Source: the human T2T-CHM13v2.0 reference genome, Homo sapiens. Taken from it: a stretch of DNA of 64,000 nt. Below the pieces are notes generated by a model, which saw only the letters and a list, made by a program, of their open reading frames with translations, did no database searches and was not told the DNA's origin. The position numbers were made by a program, and so were the translations under genes. The DNA is taken from NCBI RefSeq assembly GCF_009914755.1, contig NC_060938.1; one strand, written 5' to 3'. This document shows positions 19,679-35,414 of the stretch, one piece after another (within the stretch, counting starts at the first letter, position 1; each line of letters starts with the position of its first letter).

Positions 19679-20406
19679 TGAAAAATTTTAAAAAGCATCA
19701 CAGGGGTTCAGATCACCTATCAGCCTCTTGACATTTCATCTTTTTTTTTTTTTTTTGAGACAGGATCTCTCACCCAGGCTAGAGTGCAGTGGCAGTAACA
19801 TGATCTCGGCTCACTACAGTCTTGATCTCCAAGACTCAAGTGATCCTCCCACCTCAGCCCCCTGGGTAGCTGGGACTGCAGACACATGCCACCATGCCCA
19901 GCTAATTTTTGTATTTTTGCAGAGACAAGGTTTCACCATGTTGCCCAGGCTGGTCTCAAACTCCTGGGCTCAAGCAGTCTGTCCATCTTGGCGTACCACA
20001 CTGATTGGATTATAGGCATGAGCAACCGGGCCCAGCCTAGTTAGTCTTTATTAGTTATTTGACAGGCATTTTTCTTTTTATTTTCAACCCATGCAAGCTG
20101 TGAACGTGGTGAAACAGACCGAAAAGTTCATTAAACTAACATGCTCCATAATGATTGATTGATTGATTTTAAAATAGAGGCCGGGTGCGGTGGCTTATGC
20201 CTCTGTAATCCCAGCACTTTGGGAGGCCAAGGTGGGCAGATCACCTGAGGTCAGGAGTTCGAGACCAGCCTGACCAATGTGATGAAACCCTGTCTCTACT
20301 AAATACAAAAATTGGCCAGGCGCGGTGGCTCATGCCTGTAATCCCAGCACTTTGGGAGGTTATGGTGGGCAGTCACGAGGTCGGGAGATCAAGACCATCC
20401 TGGCTA

Positions 20407-20737
<331 letters not shown>

Positions 20738-20769
20738 CTAGGCAACAAGAACGAAATTCCGTCTCAAAA

Positions 20770-20805
<36 letters not shown>

Positions 20806-20867
20806 GCTGGGTGTGGTGGCTCATGCCTGTAATCCCAGCTCTTTGAGAGGCCAAGGCGAGGGGATCA

Positions 20868-21158
<291 letters not shown>

Positions 21159-21244
21159 TCAGGCAATCTTCCCACCTTGGCCTCTCCCAAAGTGCTGGGA
21201 TTACAGGCATACACCACTGCACCTGGCCATCATGAATAATTTTA

Positions 21245-21708
<464 letters not shown>

Positions 21709-21880
21709 TCATTGCAGCCTCAAACTCCTGGGGGCTCAACCCATCCTCCCACTTCAGCCTCCTGAGTAGCTGAGACTATAGGTATTTGCCACCATGCCCA
21801 GCTAATTTTTAATTTTTTGTAGAAACAGCGTCTTATGTTGCCCAGGCTGGTCTCGAACTCCTGGCCTCAAGTGATCCTCC

Positions 21881-22484
21881 TGTAATCAGTAGAACGGTGC
21901 AGCTGCTCGCCACTTGTAAAAAGAAGCCAATATAATAAGAGTGAAGTGTGATAAAGAGAGTGAGTTTTATTATCCATGCTAGCAAGGGGAGAAGTGAGTG
22001 TAGTTATTTGCAAATATTTCCACTCTTCAATTTGTGGAGGGAATCCAGGAGCTTTTGAAGAGAGAGTTTGGAGTGCAGAAGAGGCAGCGGAACTAGGAGT
22101 TGTCGGGTGGCGTGACCTGCTCCACTGGCTTGTTTTGAAGTATTGTTTCATCTGGTGAAGGAGCCAGTGCCATCATGGTGGCTAGAGATATCTGGTCCAT
22201 ATCCAGATCCAGTCCCTGAAGCTGAAGGAAATATATGACCAGGTAATGGTGTGTACTTAACAAGCATCTAGGTAAATACATGTGCATAAGGCACAGAAGC
22301 ACAGAATGGGAAAAGAAAGGGCGTGGAGGTTCAGCACATTCTGAGGGTGTATTTCAAGATGAAAGGAAACTCATATGCAGATGGTCTCAGAGTTCTATCT
22401 TGAGACTCACTGGGGGAGGAGAAAGGGGGAAAGGAAAAAAAAGTCTTAAGGTTTGAGGCTAAGCTGCTAACCTGCTTAGTTACA
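21881..22484 (-). mobile_element. ERV1-class solo LTR (subfamily unassigned) inserted in an Alu
   Basis: TG...CA termini, TSD CTCC (21877-21880, 22485-22488), minus-strand AATAAA near its 3' end; flanks rejoin as Alu gatcctcc|caccttggcc. Confidence 0.8.
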
Positions 22485-22674
22485 CTCCCACCTTGGCCTC
22501 TCAAAGTGCTGGGATTATAGGCATGAACCACTGTGCCAACCCAACATAGTGTTTTGATATGTGTATATTAACACACTGTGAAAGGATTCACAGGTAATTA
22601 ACCAGGTAATTCCAGGTAATTAACCTATCCATCACCTCACACTTTTTTTTTTTTTTTCTTGTGGTGAGGACACT

Positions 22675-22950
22675 TGTCTTAGTCTCTTCAACTGCTGTAA
22701 CAAGATGTGTTAGACTGGGTAATTTATAAACAACAGAAATGTATTGCTCACAGTTTTGGAAGCTAGGAAATCCAAGATCAAGGCACCCACAGATCTGGTG
22801 TCTGGTGAGGGCCTGTTCCTCATAGATGGCACCATCTTGTGTCCTACCTAGTGGAAAGAGCAAGGCAGCTCTCTTCAACCTGTTTTATAAGGGCACCAAT
22901 CCCATTAATGAGGGTTCCACCCTCATGACAGTCACTTCCCAAATGCCTCG
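22675..22950 (-). mobile_element. MLT1A-like MaLR LTR fragment, followed by a (TG)n microsatellite at 22954-22990
   Basis: tgtcttagtc...gactgggtaatttataaacaacagaaat...ccaagatcaaggc...tctggtgtctggtgagggc. Confidence 0.75.
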
Positions 22951-23911
22951 TGATGTGTGTGTGTGTGTCTGTGTATGTGTGTGTGTGTGTATCTCAGGGG
23001 CTCCAGGCCTCAATACAATGGGTATAACAACAATCCCATCTTGTTGGGAGGAATTAACAATCATGCATCGAGCCCTGGGCCTCAGGCTTCAATGTATTAG
23101 TTATTAGAGCTAATCATTATTTAATGTTTTAAACACCCCCAAGGAAGTAGAGAACATTCCTGTCACATTCTGCAGAAAAAGAAATTGAGGCAAGGGGCAA
23201 AGCCATTTGCCAAGGTCATAGATCCTGCAAGCCAATGGCAAGGCAGGATCTGAACCTGGGGCTTCAGATCCTGGGGCTTTACCTGATTAAATACCAAGAG
23301 AGAGTGCTGAGATTTTTTTGGTGGTGGACAGTCCCTGAGGCAAGCCATTTTTAGAGCATCTGGGCCACTTGGGGAATTGAATCTTTACCAGGGCTTCCCA
23401 CCTCCTGTTGCCCCTTCTCTGAAGGTGACCCCCCTCCCACAGTAGCACCCCAACCACTCAGAACCCCCAAGCCACCTTCTTTGCACATGCTGAAGCTAAT
23501 ATTGCCCTCCACTCCACCCCAACATCAGGGACCCTGGCCCAAGCCCTTCCCTGGGAGCCCTTCCTCCTCTCATGAGGCCTCCTTCCCAGCCCCTCAGAAC
23601 AGCCTCCTTTATGAGAGTGGCCAAGATCCCACTGAAACCTTCCCTATCAACTTTATAAAATTAATCAGGGGAGAAGGGAGGGGCGAAATGGAAATCAGCC
23701 CAGCTTGCAGCACACACAGCATTGGTCATGAGGTCAGCTGCTCTCTGACCCACTTGCTCAGAGTTGTTTGCTGCCTGTTGCTCCAGAGTCACATAGACCC
23801 TGTCACAAGGTCATAGTTCCCCTTCACTGCTCATAGATAACAACTGGAACATTATAAAACGTTAACTTTTCCATTTGAGATATTCTTTCAGGTCCTGCGT
23901 AGCAATGAAAC

Positions 23912-24506
23912 TGAGGCAGGATAGGTACTTAAGGGAGTGACCGTGTTCTCAGGATGCAGCGACCATGGCACCCATACAGTCAACACAGTGAGCCTCAGCA
24001 TTCGCATTGTCATTGCGCTCATTCAAGCAAAGCTGTCTTCATTAGGGAATTTCCCCCATAGACAGCATGAGCATTTTGATTTTACCTGTCCTCAAACTGA
24101 CATTTTGCTCATTATAATAGTAGAAGACAGCCCTACATGGAGATGTAATATGCTAATGAGACATGTGACATATGAACAAGCATGTACAGCTACTGTGCAT
24201 GTGCACCCAGAAGACCACCCGGAACATGCTTACTAGCAACACCTCTTCCCACCACCTTATGAATAATCATGTAAGACTCCCATAAAGGGAGTCTCCCTAC
24301 TGCCAGTCTCTGCTGTCTCACCCTTATGAGCAGCCTGCCTTGAACCCTCTCTCTCACGGTATACAGTCCATTCTGCATGTAACTTCCAAAATATTCTTTT
24401 TCCTTTGCAATAAATTACTCTATGCTGCACTTCTTTCGCTGTGTGTCTCATTTAAATTCTTTTAAACCAGATGACAAAAACCGAGCTGTCATATCAGCCA
24501 CCAATG
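23912..24506 (+). mobile_element. LTR9-like solo LTR nested in the LTR26-like element
   Basis: Starts TGAGGCAGGATAGGTA; TSD AAAC (23908-23911, 24507-24510); AATAAA near 24409. Confidence 0.7.
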
Positions 24507-24634
24507 AAACTGCTGATTCCAGCTTCTCTGAAGGACCCCACAGGAACTCACTCACTAAAGAATGCAGTTTTGGCTGCGCGCGGTGGCTCACACCTATAAT
24601 CCCAGCACTTTGGGAGGCCGAGGCGGGCGGATCA

Positions 24635-24923
<289 letters not shown>

Positions 24924-24976
24924 TCAATAAGCCCAATTTTCTAGCCCTTTACCCTCCATGATCCCTTTAAAAACCC

Positions 24977-25964
24977 TGTTATAGGTAGTTACATAGAGCT
25001 GAGCAGGGAAGGAGAGGGCTTTTCTCCCTCACTCACTAGGAATGTCAGGTGATGGTTCGACAGTTACCACGTTGCCTCTCTAAACTGAAAATTGGCGGTT
25101 GGTGCCAGAGCGCCAGAGTGAGACAATCTCCTGATGATCCACAGCTGTTAACATTAAAGTGTTAATTGAATGCAGGTGCCAGGGAGAAGCAACTTCCTGG
25201 GCACGTGCATTAAGAGACAAAATGGCAGGCCAGGCGCGGTGGCTCACGCCTGTAATCCCAGCACTTTGGGAGGCTGAGGTGGATGGGTCACCTGAGGTCA
25301 GGAGTTCGAGACCAGCCTGACCAACATGGTGAAACCCCGTCTCTACTAAAAATACAAAAATTAGCCGGGTGTGGTGGCGTGCACCTGTAGTCCCAGCTAC
25401 TCAGGAGGCTGAGGCAGGAGAATCGCTCGAACCCCGGGAGGCCGAGGTTGCAGTGAGCTGAGACCACGCCATTGCACTCCAGCCTGGGCAACAAGAGTAA
25501 ATCTCCGTCTAAAAAAAAAAACAGACAAAATGGCTATGTATGACCTTTCCAGGACACTCCACTGGAAAAGGGAAGAAAGCCTCAGATGGGCATGTATACA
25601 ACTTCCTACACACACTGTGCATGCTCACTTCCGAAAGGTAAAGAGAGCACAGAGCATGAGGGCAGCTCACCCTCAGAGAAGAATCATGAGAAAGAGGCGA
25701 GCCTATAAAGTCCTAGGATCACAGTTAAACGGGGCTCTTGACCTTCAGGTGCCCGGTCAGGTCTCTTCCAAGTGAACTTTCCTTTCTTTCATGTCCTAAA
25801 GACTTTTTAAATAAACTTCCACTCTGCTCTGAAACTCACCTCCATCTCTTTTTCTGCCTTATGCCCCTCAGTCAAATTCTTTCTTCTGAGGAGGCAAGAA
25901 CTGAAGTTGCTGCAGACCTGTACAGATTCGCCACCAGTAACTCAGACACCTTCCACTGGTAACA
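24977..25964 (+). mobile_element. MER50-like solo LTR (with internal Alu) nested in the LTR26-like element
   Basis: TGTTATAGGTAGTTA...GGTAACA; TSD ACCC (24973-24976, 25965-25968). Confidence 0.75.
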
Positions 25965-26762
25965 ACCCCAGCCCAGAATTCTTCAAGGAGATGGATTTGA
26001 GGGTCTCCTCCCATCTCCTTGCTAGGTGCCCTGTGATCATGAAGCTCTTTCTGTGCTGCAAACCCTGCTGTCTCAGTGTAATTGGTCTGTAACAGCAGAG
26101 TGGGCATTCTGCAGCCTCTTCCTTGCCCGGGGCCTGTTGGGAGCCCCCAGCACTGCCTGTACCATCATAAACCCACCCTGGCCCCTTTCCCAGGCTCCAA
26201 GCTCAGAGGAGGCAGAGGCTTCATTCTAAACTACAGCATCCCCTCCCTAATCCTCATTTGCCTTCTCCTTCTGAGCTTGGGCCCCATTTTTTGAGACCCT
26301 ACCAGCCCCCATTCCCACAATCCCCTGTGCCGACACAAATCAACCTCCCCATGTCCCAACCAATGTCAACCCCAATTTAGACCAGTGCATCCCACAGCTA
26401 TTCTAGCACCCCATAAACACTCCAGTGTCCCCCACTTCCTGATCCCGTAACACCTTGGGCCCTCCAGATAACCCGCTGCTCCAGCCTGGCAGTTTGTCAA
26501 CCCCCTCACCCAGACCCCCAACACCTCATGCCTGTCTTATGCCATGAGTCTGAGGCCCCTGACCTGGGTGCCACCCAGGCCTGTCTGTGTGGGCAGCTCC
26601 CCCACCAGCTCCCTTCCATCCCCCATGGGCCTTATCCCGGGTTTCTTACACCCATGCACACACTATCCAGCATTCCTGACTCCCACTGTTCCTGTCTCAC
26701 GACCTGGCCACCTTGTCTCGCTCATCTGCCATAGCCCCTGCCTGGCCCAGCAGGACAGGCCT

Positions 26763-26786
26763 AGGTCAGGGCAAGGTCACAGGTCA
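26763..26786 (+). promoter_or_regulatory. Composite nuclear-receptor element AGGTCA-n5-AGGTCA-n1-AGGTCA (DR5+DR1)
   Basis: Three perfect half-sites in non-Alu DNA; function is inferred only. Confidence 0.55.
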
Positions 26787-26833
26787 GCACCAGGGCTGGT
26801 GCTCCACCCCCTAGGACACAAGCCTCCTGCTCA

Positions 26834-27049
<216 letters not shown>

Positions 27050-27593
27050 TTAGCCGGGCTTGGTAGCACTCGACTGTAATCCCAGCTACGGGGGAGGCTG
27101 AGGCATGAGAGTCACTTGGAACCCAGGAGGTGGAGGTCCAATGAGCCGGGATCGCACCACTGCATTCCAGCCTGGGCAACTGAGCAGGACTAGAACCCCA
27201 AAAAAATTAAAATAAAAAAGTACTATCACATTGGGTATTAGGTTTGTTAAATAAAAATCATTGCTGTGGAGGATACACTGGGAAGGGAATGAAAAAAAAA
27301 AGTATAGGAGACCACTGTTTTGTCTTTTTCTTTTTTTTTTTTTTTTTGAGATAAGAGTCTTGCTCTGTCCCCTAGGCTGGAGTGCAGCAGCGCAATCTCG
27401 GCTACTTGGGAGGCTGAGGCAGGAAGGAGAACTGCTTGAACCTGGGAGGTGGAGGCTGCAGTGAGCCAAGGTGGCACAACTGCACTCCAGTCTGGGCGAC
27501 AGAGTGAGACTCTGTCGCAAAAAAAAAAACCAAAAAAAAAAAAAACGTAAACTGCCAAACCAGTATGATTTCTTTTCTTATGGAAAACATTTA

Positions 27594-27902
<309 letters not shown>

Positions 27903-29461
27903 TCAAAAAGAAAAAAAAAATTTTTTTTTAGAGGCCAGGCTCAGTGGTTCATGCCTGTAATCCCAGCACTTTGGGAGGCCAACACAGGAGGATCACCTGA
28001 GGTCGGGAGTTGGAGACCAGCCTGGCTAACATGGTAAAACCCCGCCTCTACTAAAAATACAAAAAATTAGCCTGGCGTGGTGGCATGCACCTGTAGTTCC
28101 AGCTACTTGGGAGGCTGAGACACGAGAATTGCTTGAACCCAGGAGGTGGAGGTTGCAGTGACCCAAGATGCACCACTGCACTGCAGCCTGGGAGACACAG
28201 TGACTCTGTCTGAAAAAAAAAAAAAAAAAAATTGTTTTAGGGACAGTCTTGCTCTGATGCCCAGAGCTGGAGTGCATTGGTGTGATCATAGCTCAACTGC
28301 AGCCTCAAATTTCTGGGCTCAAGCCATCTTCCCATCCCAGCCTCCCTGAGTAGCTGAGACTGCAGGTATGCACTACCACACCTGGCTAATTTTTTGTAGA
28401 GATGGAGTCTTGCTCTGTTGCCCAGGTTGGTTTCAAACTTCTGGTCTCAAGCAGTCTTCCCACCTGGGTCTCCCAAAGTGCTGGCAAAACATTTTCTGTT
28501 TTAGTTCCATACTGAAGTCCACAAGTGTTCAATTATTTGTTTGTATTTTTCTCTTAGTTTTATGGGGATATTACCACAAAATATTGAGTTTACTCAATTT
28601 CCTCCCTAATATAGAAAAATTAAATGATTCCCTGCCTGGTGTAAAAAAAAACAAAAACAAAAAAAAGATGATTTCTTCAGCCCCACGAACAGCTGCCAGT
28701 CATTCTTGGGCATTTTTTCTCTGCATTAGCTTCGGGGTGTCAAGATAGACCGTTGATTGAGCCTACTGACAGGAGTATTTGCATACTTGTTTGGAGATTT
28801 ATCAAAAATAGGATATATTTTGACACAGACTTCTTGCTCCCCCCGCTCCCCTTTTGGCAACATCCACTTTTTTTTTTTTTGAGACAGAGTCTTGCTCTGT
28901 CACCCTAGCTGGAGTGTAGTGATGCCATCTTGGTTCACTGCCACGTCCGCCTCCTGGGTTCAAGCAATCCTCTTGCCTTAGTCTCCCGGGACATTGCTGG
29001 GACTACAGACGTGGGCCACCACACCCAGCTAATTTTTGCATTTTTAGTAAAGACGGGGTTTTGCCACATTGGCCAAGCTGGTCTCAAACTCCTGGCCTCA
29101 AGTGATCTGCCCGCCTTGGCCTCCCAAAGTGCTAGGATTACAGGAATGAGCCACTGCACCTGGCCCATCCACTTGTTTTTGCTTTATTTCAATACTTATT
29201 ACTATTCTGATTATCAGTAAAATTTCTGCTAGGAACACAAGTGGATTTAATTTATCTCCCCTGACTTGTTTCCACGGGACCTCCCATTCCCACTTGATTT
29301 TGAGGATTGAAGATAAACTGGGAGAGAATTATCTAGCAGCAAAATACTGCTAATGCGCTTAATTATTTTGTTTTCCAACACATATTTTATGTCAAATTGT
29401 GTTCAAATCTAAATACAACACAGTCTTCTTAAAGTCAGTCTCCAACTTCCAAATTCCTTAA

Positions 29462-29688
<227 letters not shown>

Positions 29689-30334
29689 TAGTACAGACAG
29701 GGTTTCACCATCTTGGCCAGGCTATTCTCAAACTCCTGACCTCAAGTGATCCGCCCGCTTCAGCCTCCCAAGGTGCTGGGATTACAGGCATGAGCCACCG
29801 AGCCCGGCCTATCTCTCTAAATTTTAAAAGCGTCCTTTCCTGCCCTAGATTTCAAAAAGCCATCAGTACCGTCATGTGAAGTTCCTCCGTTACACTCATT
29901 GTCAGGTACCTGCTCAGCATGTATTACACTTCTTTTAGGAGAATTCCTGATTTCACTGCCTCTCCCCCTGCAGCTATGGGTTCTAGGGAATGCTAACTCC
30001 ACCCTGATCCCAGGGGCAATGGTGGCAATCTCCATTTGGTTTAAGCCAACTTCAACATTCGATGACAGGAGAAAATATGTGACTTGGACCTTTCTTAGAA
30101 ATCTGAATCTTCTCCCTCCTACTCAACATAAGCAAAAAAGGATGAGGCCCCAATTACACTGACAGCCACCTTATGATGTTATTAATGGCAGAGAAGACAG
30201 AAAGAAGAGGTTCCTGGTGTCATCATTTAGCCATTGGATCAATCAAATGTTAAGCCAGACCCACTCTTGATTTTCCATCCAATACATTTACTTTTCTTTT
30301 TTGTGTTTAATTTAATTAAAAAGTTAAAAAAAAA

Positions 30335-30407
30335 TTAAGGAACAGGGACATGAACCCTGGACCCTCAGATTAAAAGTCTGATGCTCTATCAACTGAGCTA
30401 TCTGGGT
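30335..30407 (-). tRNA. tRNA-Lys(TTT), degenerate, probably a pseudogene
   Basis: Minus strand ACCCAGATAGCTCAGTTGATAGAGCATCAGACTTTTAATCTGAGGGTCCAGGGTTCATGTCCCTGTTCCTTAA. Anticodon TTT at 30372-30374. The 3' acceptor strand does not pair. Confidence 0.85.
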
Positions 30408-30409
30408 TG

Positions 30410-30790
30410 TTTACTTTTTTTTTTACGTTTTATATTTTAAAGCAGTTTCAGGTTCATAGCAAAATTGAGCAGAAGGTAGTGATTACCCATATACTCCCTG
30501 TGCCCCCCAAAACTTGCATAGTTCCCTTATCTCCACTATCAACATCCCCCACCAGAATGGTACATTTGTTACAATTGATTAACCTTCACTGACATACCAT
30601 TATCACCCCAAATCTCTAGTTTGCTTTAGGGTTCGTTTGTTCTACATCTACAGTTTTGGACAAATGTATAATGACATGTATCCACCATTACAGTATCATA
30701 CAGAACAGCTTCACTGCCCTAAAAATTGTTCCAACTATTCATCCCTCCCTCCCCACAATCCCTGGCAACTACTGATCTTTTTACTATCTC
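30410..30790 (-). mobile_element. L1MA-like 3' end fragment
   Basis: Motifs ggttcatagcaaaattgagcagaaggta and caccagaatggtacatttgttacaattgat. Confidence 0.65.
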
Positions 30791-30881
30791 CAATACTTTT
30801 GCTTTCTCTCTTCCTTCCCTTTTTTCTTTTCTTTTTCCCTTTCCTTTTTTTGAAAGTTTCGCTCTGTCACCGATGCTGTAG

Positions 30882-31046
<165 letters not shown>

Positions 31047-31214
31047 TAGATCTCCCAACCTCAAGCGATCCGCCCAACTCGGCCTCCCACAGCACTGAGA
31101 TTACAAGTGTGTGCCCCTGTGCCTAGCCTACCTTATATTTCATCAAAAAGCTTTTTTTAAGTAAACTGACATGTATGGCCAGGCACGGCAGGTAGCTCCC
31201 ACCTATAATCCTGG

Positions 31215-32499
31215 TGTTTCCAGACTGGTCTTGGTCTCACTGACTTCAACAACGAAGCCACAGACCCTCGCGGAGATGTTACAGTTCTTAAAGGCAGCGT
31301 GTCTGGAGATTGTACCTTCTGATGTTCCCATGTGCTCAGAGTTTGTTCCTTCTGGTGGGTTCGTGGTCTTGCTGGCTCAGAAGTGAAGCTGCAAACCTTT
31401 GCGGTGAGTGTTACAGCTCTTAAGGCGGCATGTCTGGAGTTGTTCGTTCCTCCTGGTGAGTTCGTGGTCTGGTAGGCTTCAGAAGTGAAGCTGCGGACCT
31501 TCGCAATGAGTGTTACAGCTCACAACAGCAGTGCGGGCCCAAAAACTGAGCTACCTTTATTACAAAACTAAATAGAACAAACCTTCCCGCAACGTAGAAA
31601 AGAACCCCAACAAGTTGCCACTGCTAGCTCTGGCAGCCTGCTTTTATTCCCTTATCTGGCCCCACCCACATCCTGCTGATTGGCCCATTTTACAGAGAGC
31701 CGATTGGTCCGTTTTGACAGGGTGCTGATTGGTTCGTTTACAATCCCTGAGCTAGACACAAAAGTTCTCCACCTCCCCACTAGATTAGCTAGATACAGAG
31801 TGCCGATTGGTGTATTCACAAACCCTGAGCTAGACACAGGGTGCTGATTGGTGTGTTTACAATCCCTTAGCTAGACATAAAGATTCTCCAAGTCCCCACC
31901 AGACTCAGGAGTCCAGCTGGCTTCACCCAGTGGATGCCGCACGGGGTTCGCAGGTGGAGCTGCCTGCCAGTCCCGCGCCGTGCGCCCGCACTTCTCAGCC
32001 CTTGGGCGGTCGATGGGACTGGGCGTTAGTGGAGCAGGGAGCGGAGCTCGTTGAGGAGGCTCGGACCGCGCAGAAGCTCACGGCGGGGGCGGGGGCTCAG
32101 GCATGGCGGGCTGCAGGTCCCGAGCCCTGCGCCGCGGGGAGGCAGCTAAGGCCCGCTGAGAAATCGAGCACAGCAGCTGCTGCCCCAGGTGCTAAGCCCC
32201 TCACTGCCCGGGGCTTGCGGGCCGGCCGGCCGCTCCAAGTGCGGGGCCGCCGAGCCCACGCCCACCCGGGACTCGCGCTGGCCCGCAAGCCCCGCGGGCA
32301 GCCCCGGTTCCCGCCCGCGCCTCTCCCTCCACACCTCCCAGTAAGCTGAGGGAGCCGACTCCGGCCTTGGCCAGCCCAGAAAGGGGCTCCCACAGTGCAG
32401 CGGCGGGCTGAAGGGCTCCTCAAGCGCGGCCAGAGTGGGCGCCAAGGCCGAGGAGGCGCCGACAGCGAGCGAGGGCAGCCAGCATGCTGTCACGTATCA
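31215..32499 (-). mobile_element. LTR12C/E-like (ERV9) solo LTR inserted in an Alu, about 0.7 kb upstream of the ACOT4 promoter
   Basis: Collinear with the LTR at 6978-8391; near-TSD CTGG/CTAG; flanks rejoin as Alu ataatc|ctagcactttggg. Confidence 0.9.
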
Positions 32500-32856
32500 C
32501 TAGCACTTTGGGACTACAGAGGCAGGAGGATAGTTTGTGCTCAGGAGTTCGAGACCAGCCTGGGAAACAGGGTGACACCTCCTCTCTAAAAATAAACATT
32601 TAAAAATTAACGTGGCATGGTGGTGCGCTGTCTGTAGTCACAGCTACTCCGAAGGCTGAGACAGGAGGATCACTTGAGCCTGGGAGGTGGAGGCTGCAGT
32701 GACCTGTGATCGAGCCACCGCCTTGCAGCCTGGATGACAGAGAGAGACCCTGTCTCAAATACAACAAAAAAGCAGGCCGGGCGCAGCGGCTCACGCCTGT
32801 AATCCCTAGCACTTTGGGAGGCCAAGGCGGGAAGATCACTTGAAGTCAGGAGTTCA

Positions 32857-33162
<306 letters not shown>

Positions 33163-33179
33163 TCATTCCAACAACCGAG

Positions 33180-33960
33180 GGTGGTGTGAGGCAGAGAGGC
33201 TTTCTACGGGGTGGGTTGGGCGCCACACCTTGCGCGCCCCGGGGCCCAAGGAGACGACCCTGAAGAGGAGCCTGGCTACTTTTGCCTCAGACGAGTCCGG
33301 AGCGCCGGGTTAACCGGTCTGAAGTCCCAGGGGCTTTCTGGGACTGCTCAGCCACCGGCAGCTTCCGGCACCAGGGGACGCCGGACGCCGTCCGGACATT
33401 CGGCGCGCTTGCCACGATCTTGGACGGGTCTCGGGCCTCGACCTTTGAATTCCCCGCTCCGGCTCCAAGATGTCAGCAACGCTGATCCTGGAGCCCCCAG
33501 GCCGCTGCTGCTGGAACGAGCCGGTGCGCATTGCCGTGCGCGGCCTGGCCCCGGAGCAGCGGGTTACGCTGCGCGCGTCCCTGCGCGACGAGAAGGGCGC
33601 GCTCTTCCGGGCCCACGCGCGCTACTGCGCCGACGCCCGCGGCGAGCTGGACCTGGAGCGCGCACCCGCGCTGGGCGGCAGCTTCGCGGGACTCGAGCCC
33701 ATGGGGCTGCTCTGGGCCCTGGAACCCGAGAAGCCTTTTTGGCGCTTCCTGAAGCGGGACGTACAGATTCCTTTTGTCGTGGAGTTGGAGGTGCTGGACG
33801 GCCACGACCCCGAGCCTGGACGGCTGCTGTGCCAGGCGCAGCACGAGCGCCACTTCCTCCCGCCAGGGGTGCGGCGCCAGTCGGTGCGAGCGGGCCGGGT
33901 GCGCGCCACGCTCTTCCTGCCGCCAGGTGAGCCAGGCTGCTGGCGGGTGGTGTGAGCGTC
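33180..33960 (+). promoter_or_regulatory. ACOT4 promoter/CpG island; DR1-like CGACCTTTGAATT at 33439-33451
   Basis: CpG-dense region with GC-box-like gggtggg/gggcg motifs upstream of the ATG. Confidence 0.6.
33470..33926 (+). CDS. ACOT4: Acyl-CoA thioesterase 4 (peroxisomal), coding exon 1 (457 nt)
   Basis: [18 protein letters not shown]...TLFLPP; donor G|GTGAGC. Confidence 0.96.
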
Positions 33961-33998
33961 AGTGGCCTGAGTCTCCGTTTGTTTCCAGTGCTGATTTA

Positions 33999-34427
<429 letters not shown>

Positions 34428-34765
34428 CTATCAGTTAGTCTCTATAATATCCCAATGAAGTTGGTATTGTTATTCTGCAGATGAAAAAACAGGTTCAGGT
34501 CGTCAGGTACATTATCCACTTTGCTATTAATCACTACCCTACAGATTTCTACAGGCATCAGCCTGACTTGTCTAAGGCAGAATGATGACAGTGAATGAAG
34601 CTATTACCATGTCGTCTTCTCTAGTGTTCTAGGCACACTGTCTCTTCTCCACTTCTTCATGTGCTGCTTTATCACAGGTCACACTTCAGACTCCACTGCC
34701 TTTCTCACCTAAAACCATCTCTGGGTATTTCTTTTTCTTTCCTCCCTTTCTACATAGACATCTGA

Positions 34766-35011
<246 letters not shown>

Positions 35012-35211
35012 TAATTAAAAAAAAAAAAAGATTGTAGAGATGGGGTCTCACTACATTGTCCAGGCTGGTCTTGAACTCCTGGCCTCAAGCAATCCTCCTG
35101 CCTTGGCCTCCTAAAGTGCTGAGATTACAAGCATGAACCACAGTGTCCAGCCAGGAAAGCAAATTCTTTAAATTGTATAATGGCTTACATTTATAATATT
35201 TTGTTCTCTAG

Positions 35212-35414
35212 GACCTGGACCCTTCCCAGGGATCATTGACATCTTTGGTATTGGAGGGGGCCTCTTGGAATATCGAGCCAGCCTCCTTGCTGGCCATGGC
35301 TTTGCCACGTTGGCTCTAGCTTATTATAACTTTGAAGATCTCCCCAATAACATGGACAACATATCCCTGGAGTACTTCGAAGAAGCCGTATGCTACATGC
35401 TTCAACATCCCCAG
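35212..35414 (+). CDS. ACOT4: ACOT4 coding exon 2 (203 nt)
   Basis: Acceptor ttctctag|, encodes (G)[30 protein letters not shown]...MLQHPQ, donor |GTTCTC. Not shown in the ORF track; translated by hand. Confidence 0.95.

Noticed and set aside
33211-33930. 239-aa alternative-frame ORF over ACOT4 exon 1, and antisense ORFs over all three exon 1s (e.g. 53982-54752)
   Set aside because: Stop-poor frames are expected in very GC-rich coding sequence; non-ATG starts or Alu-derived ends.
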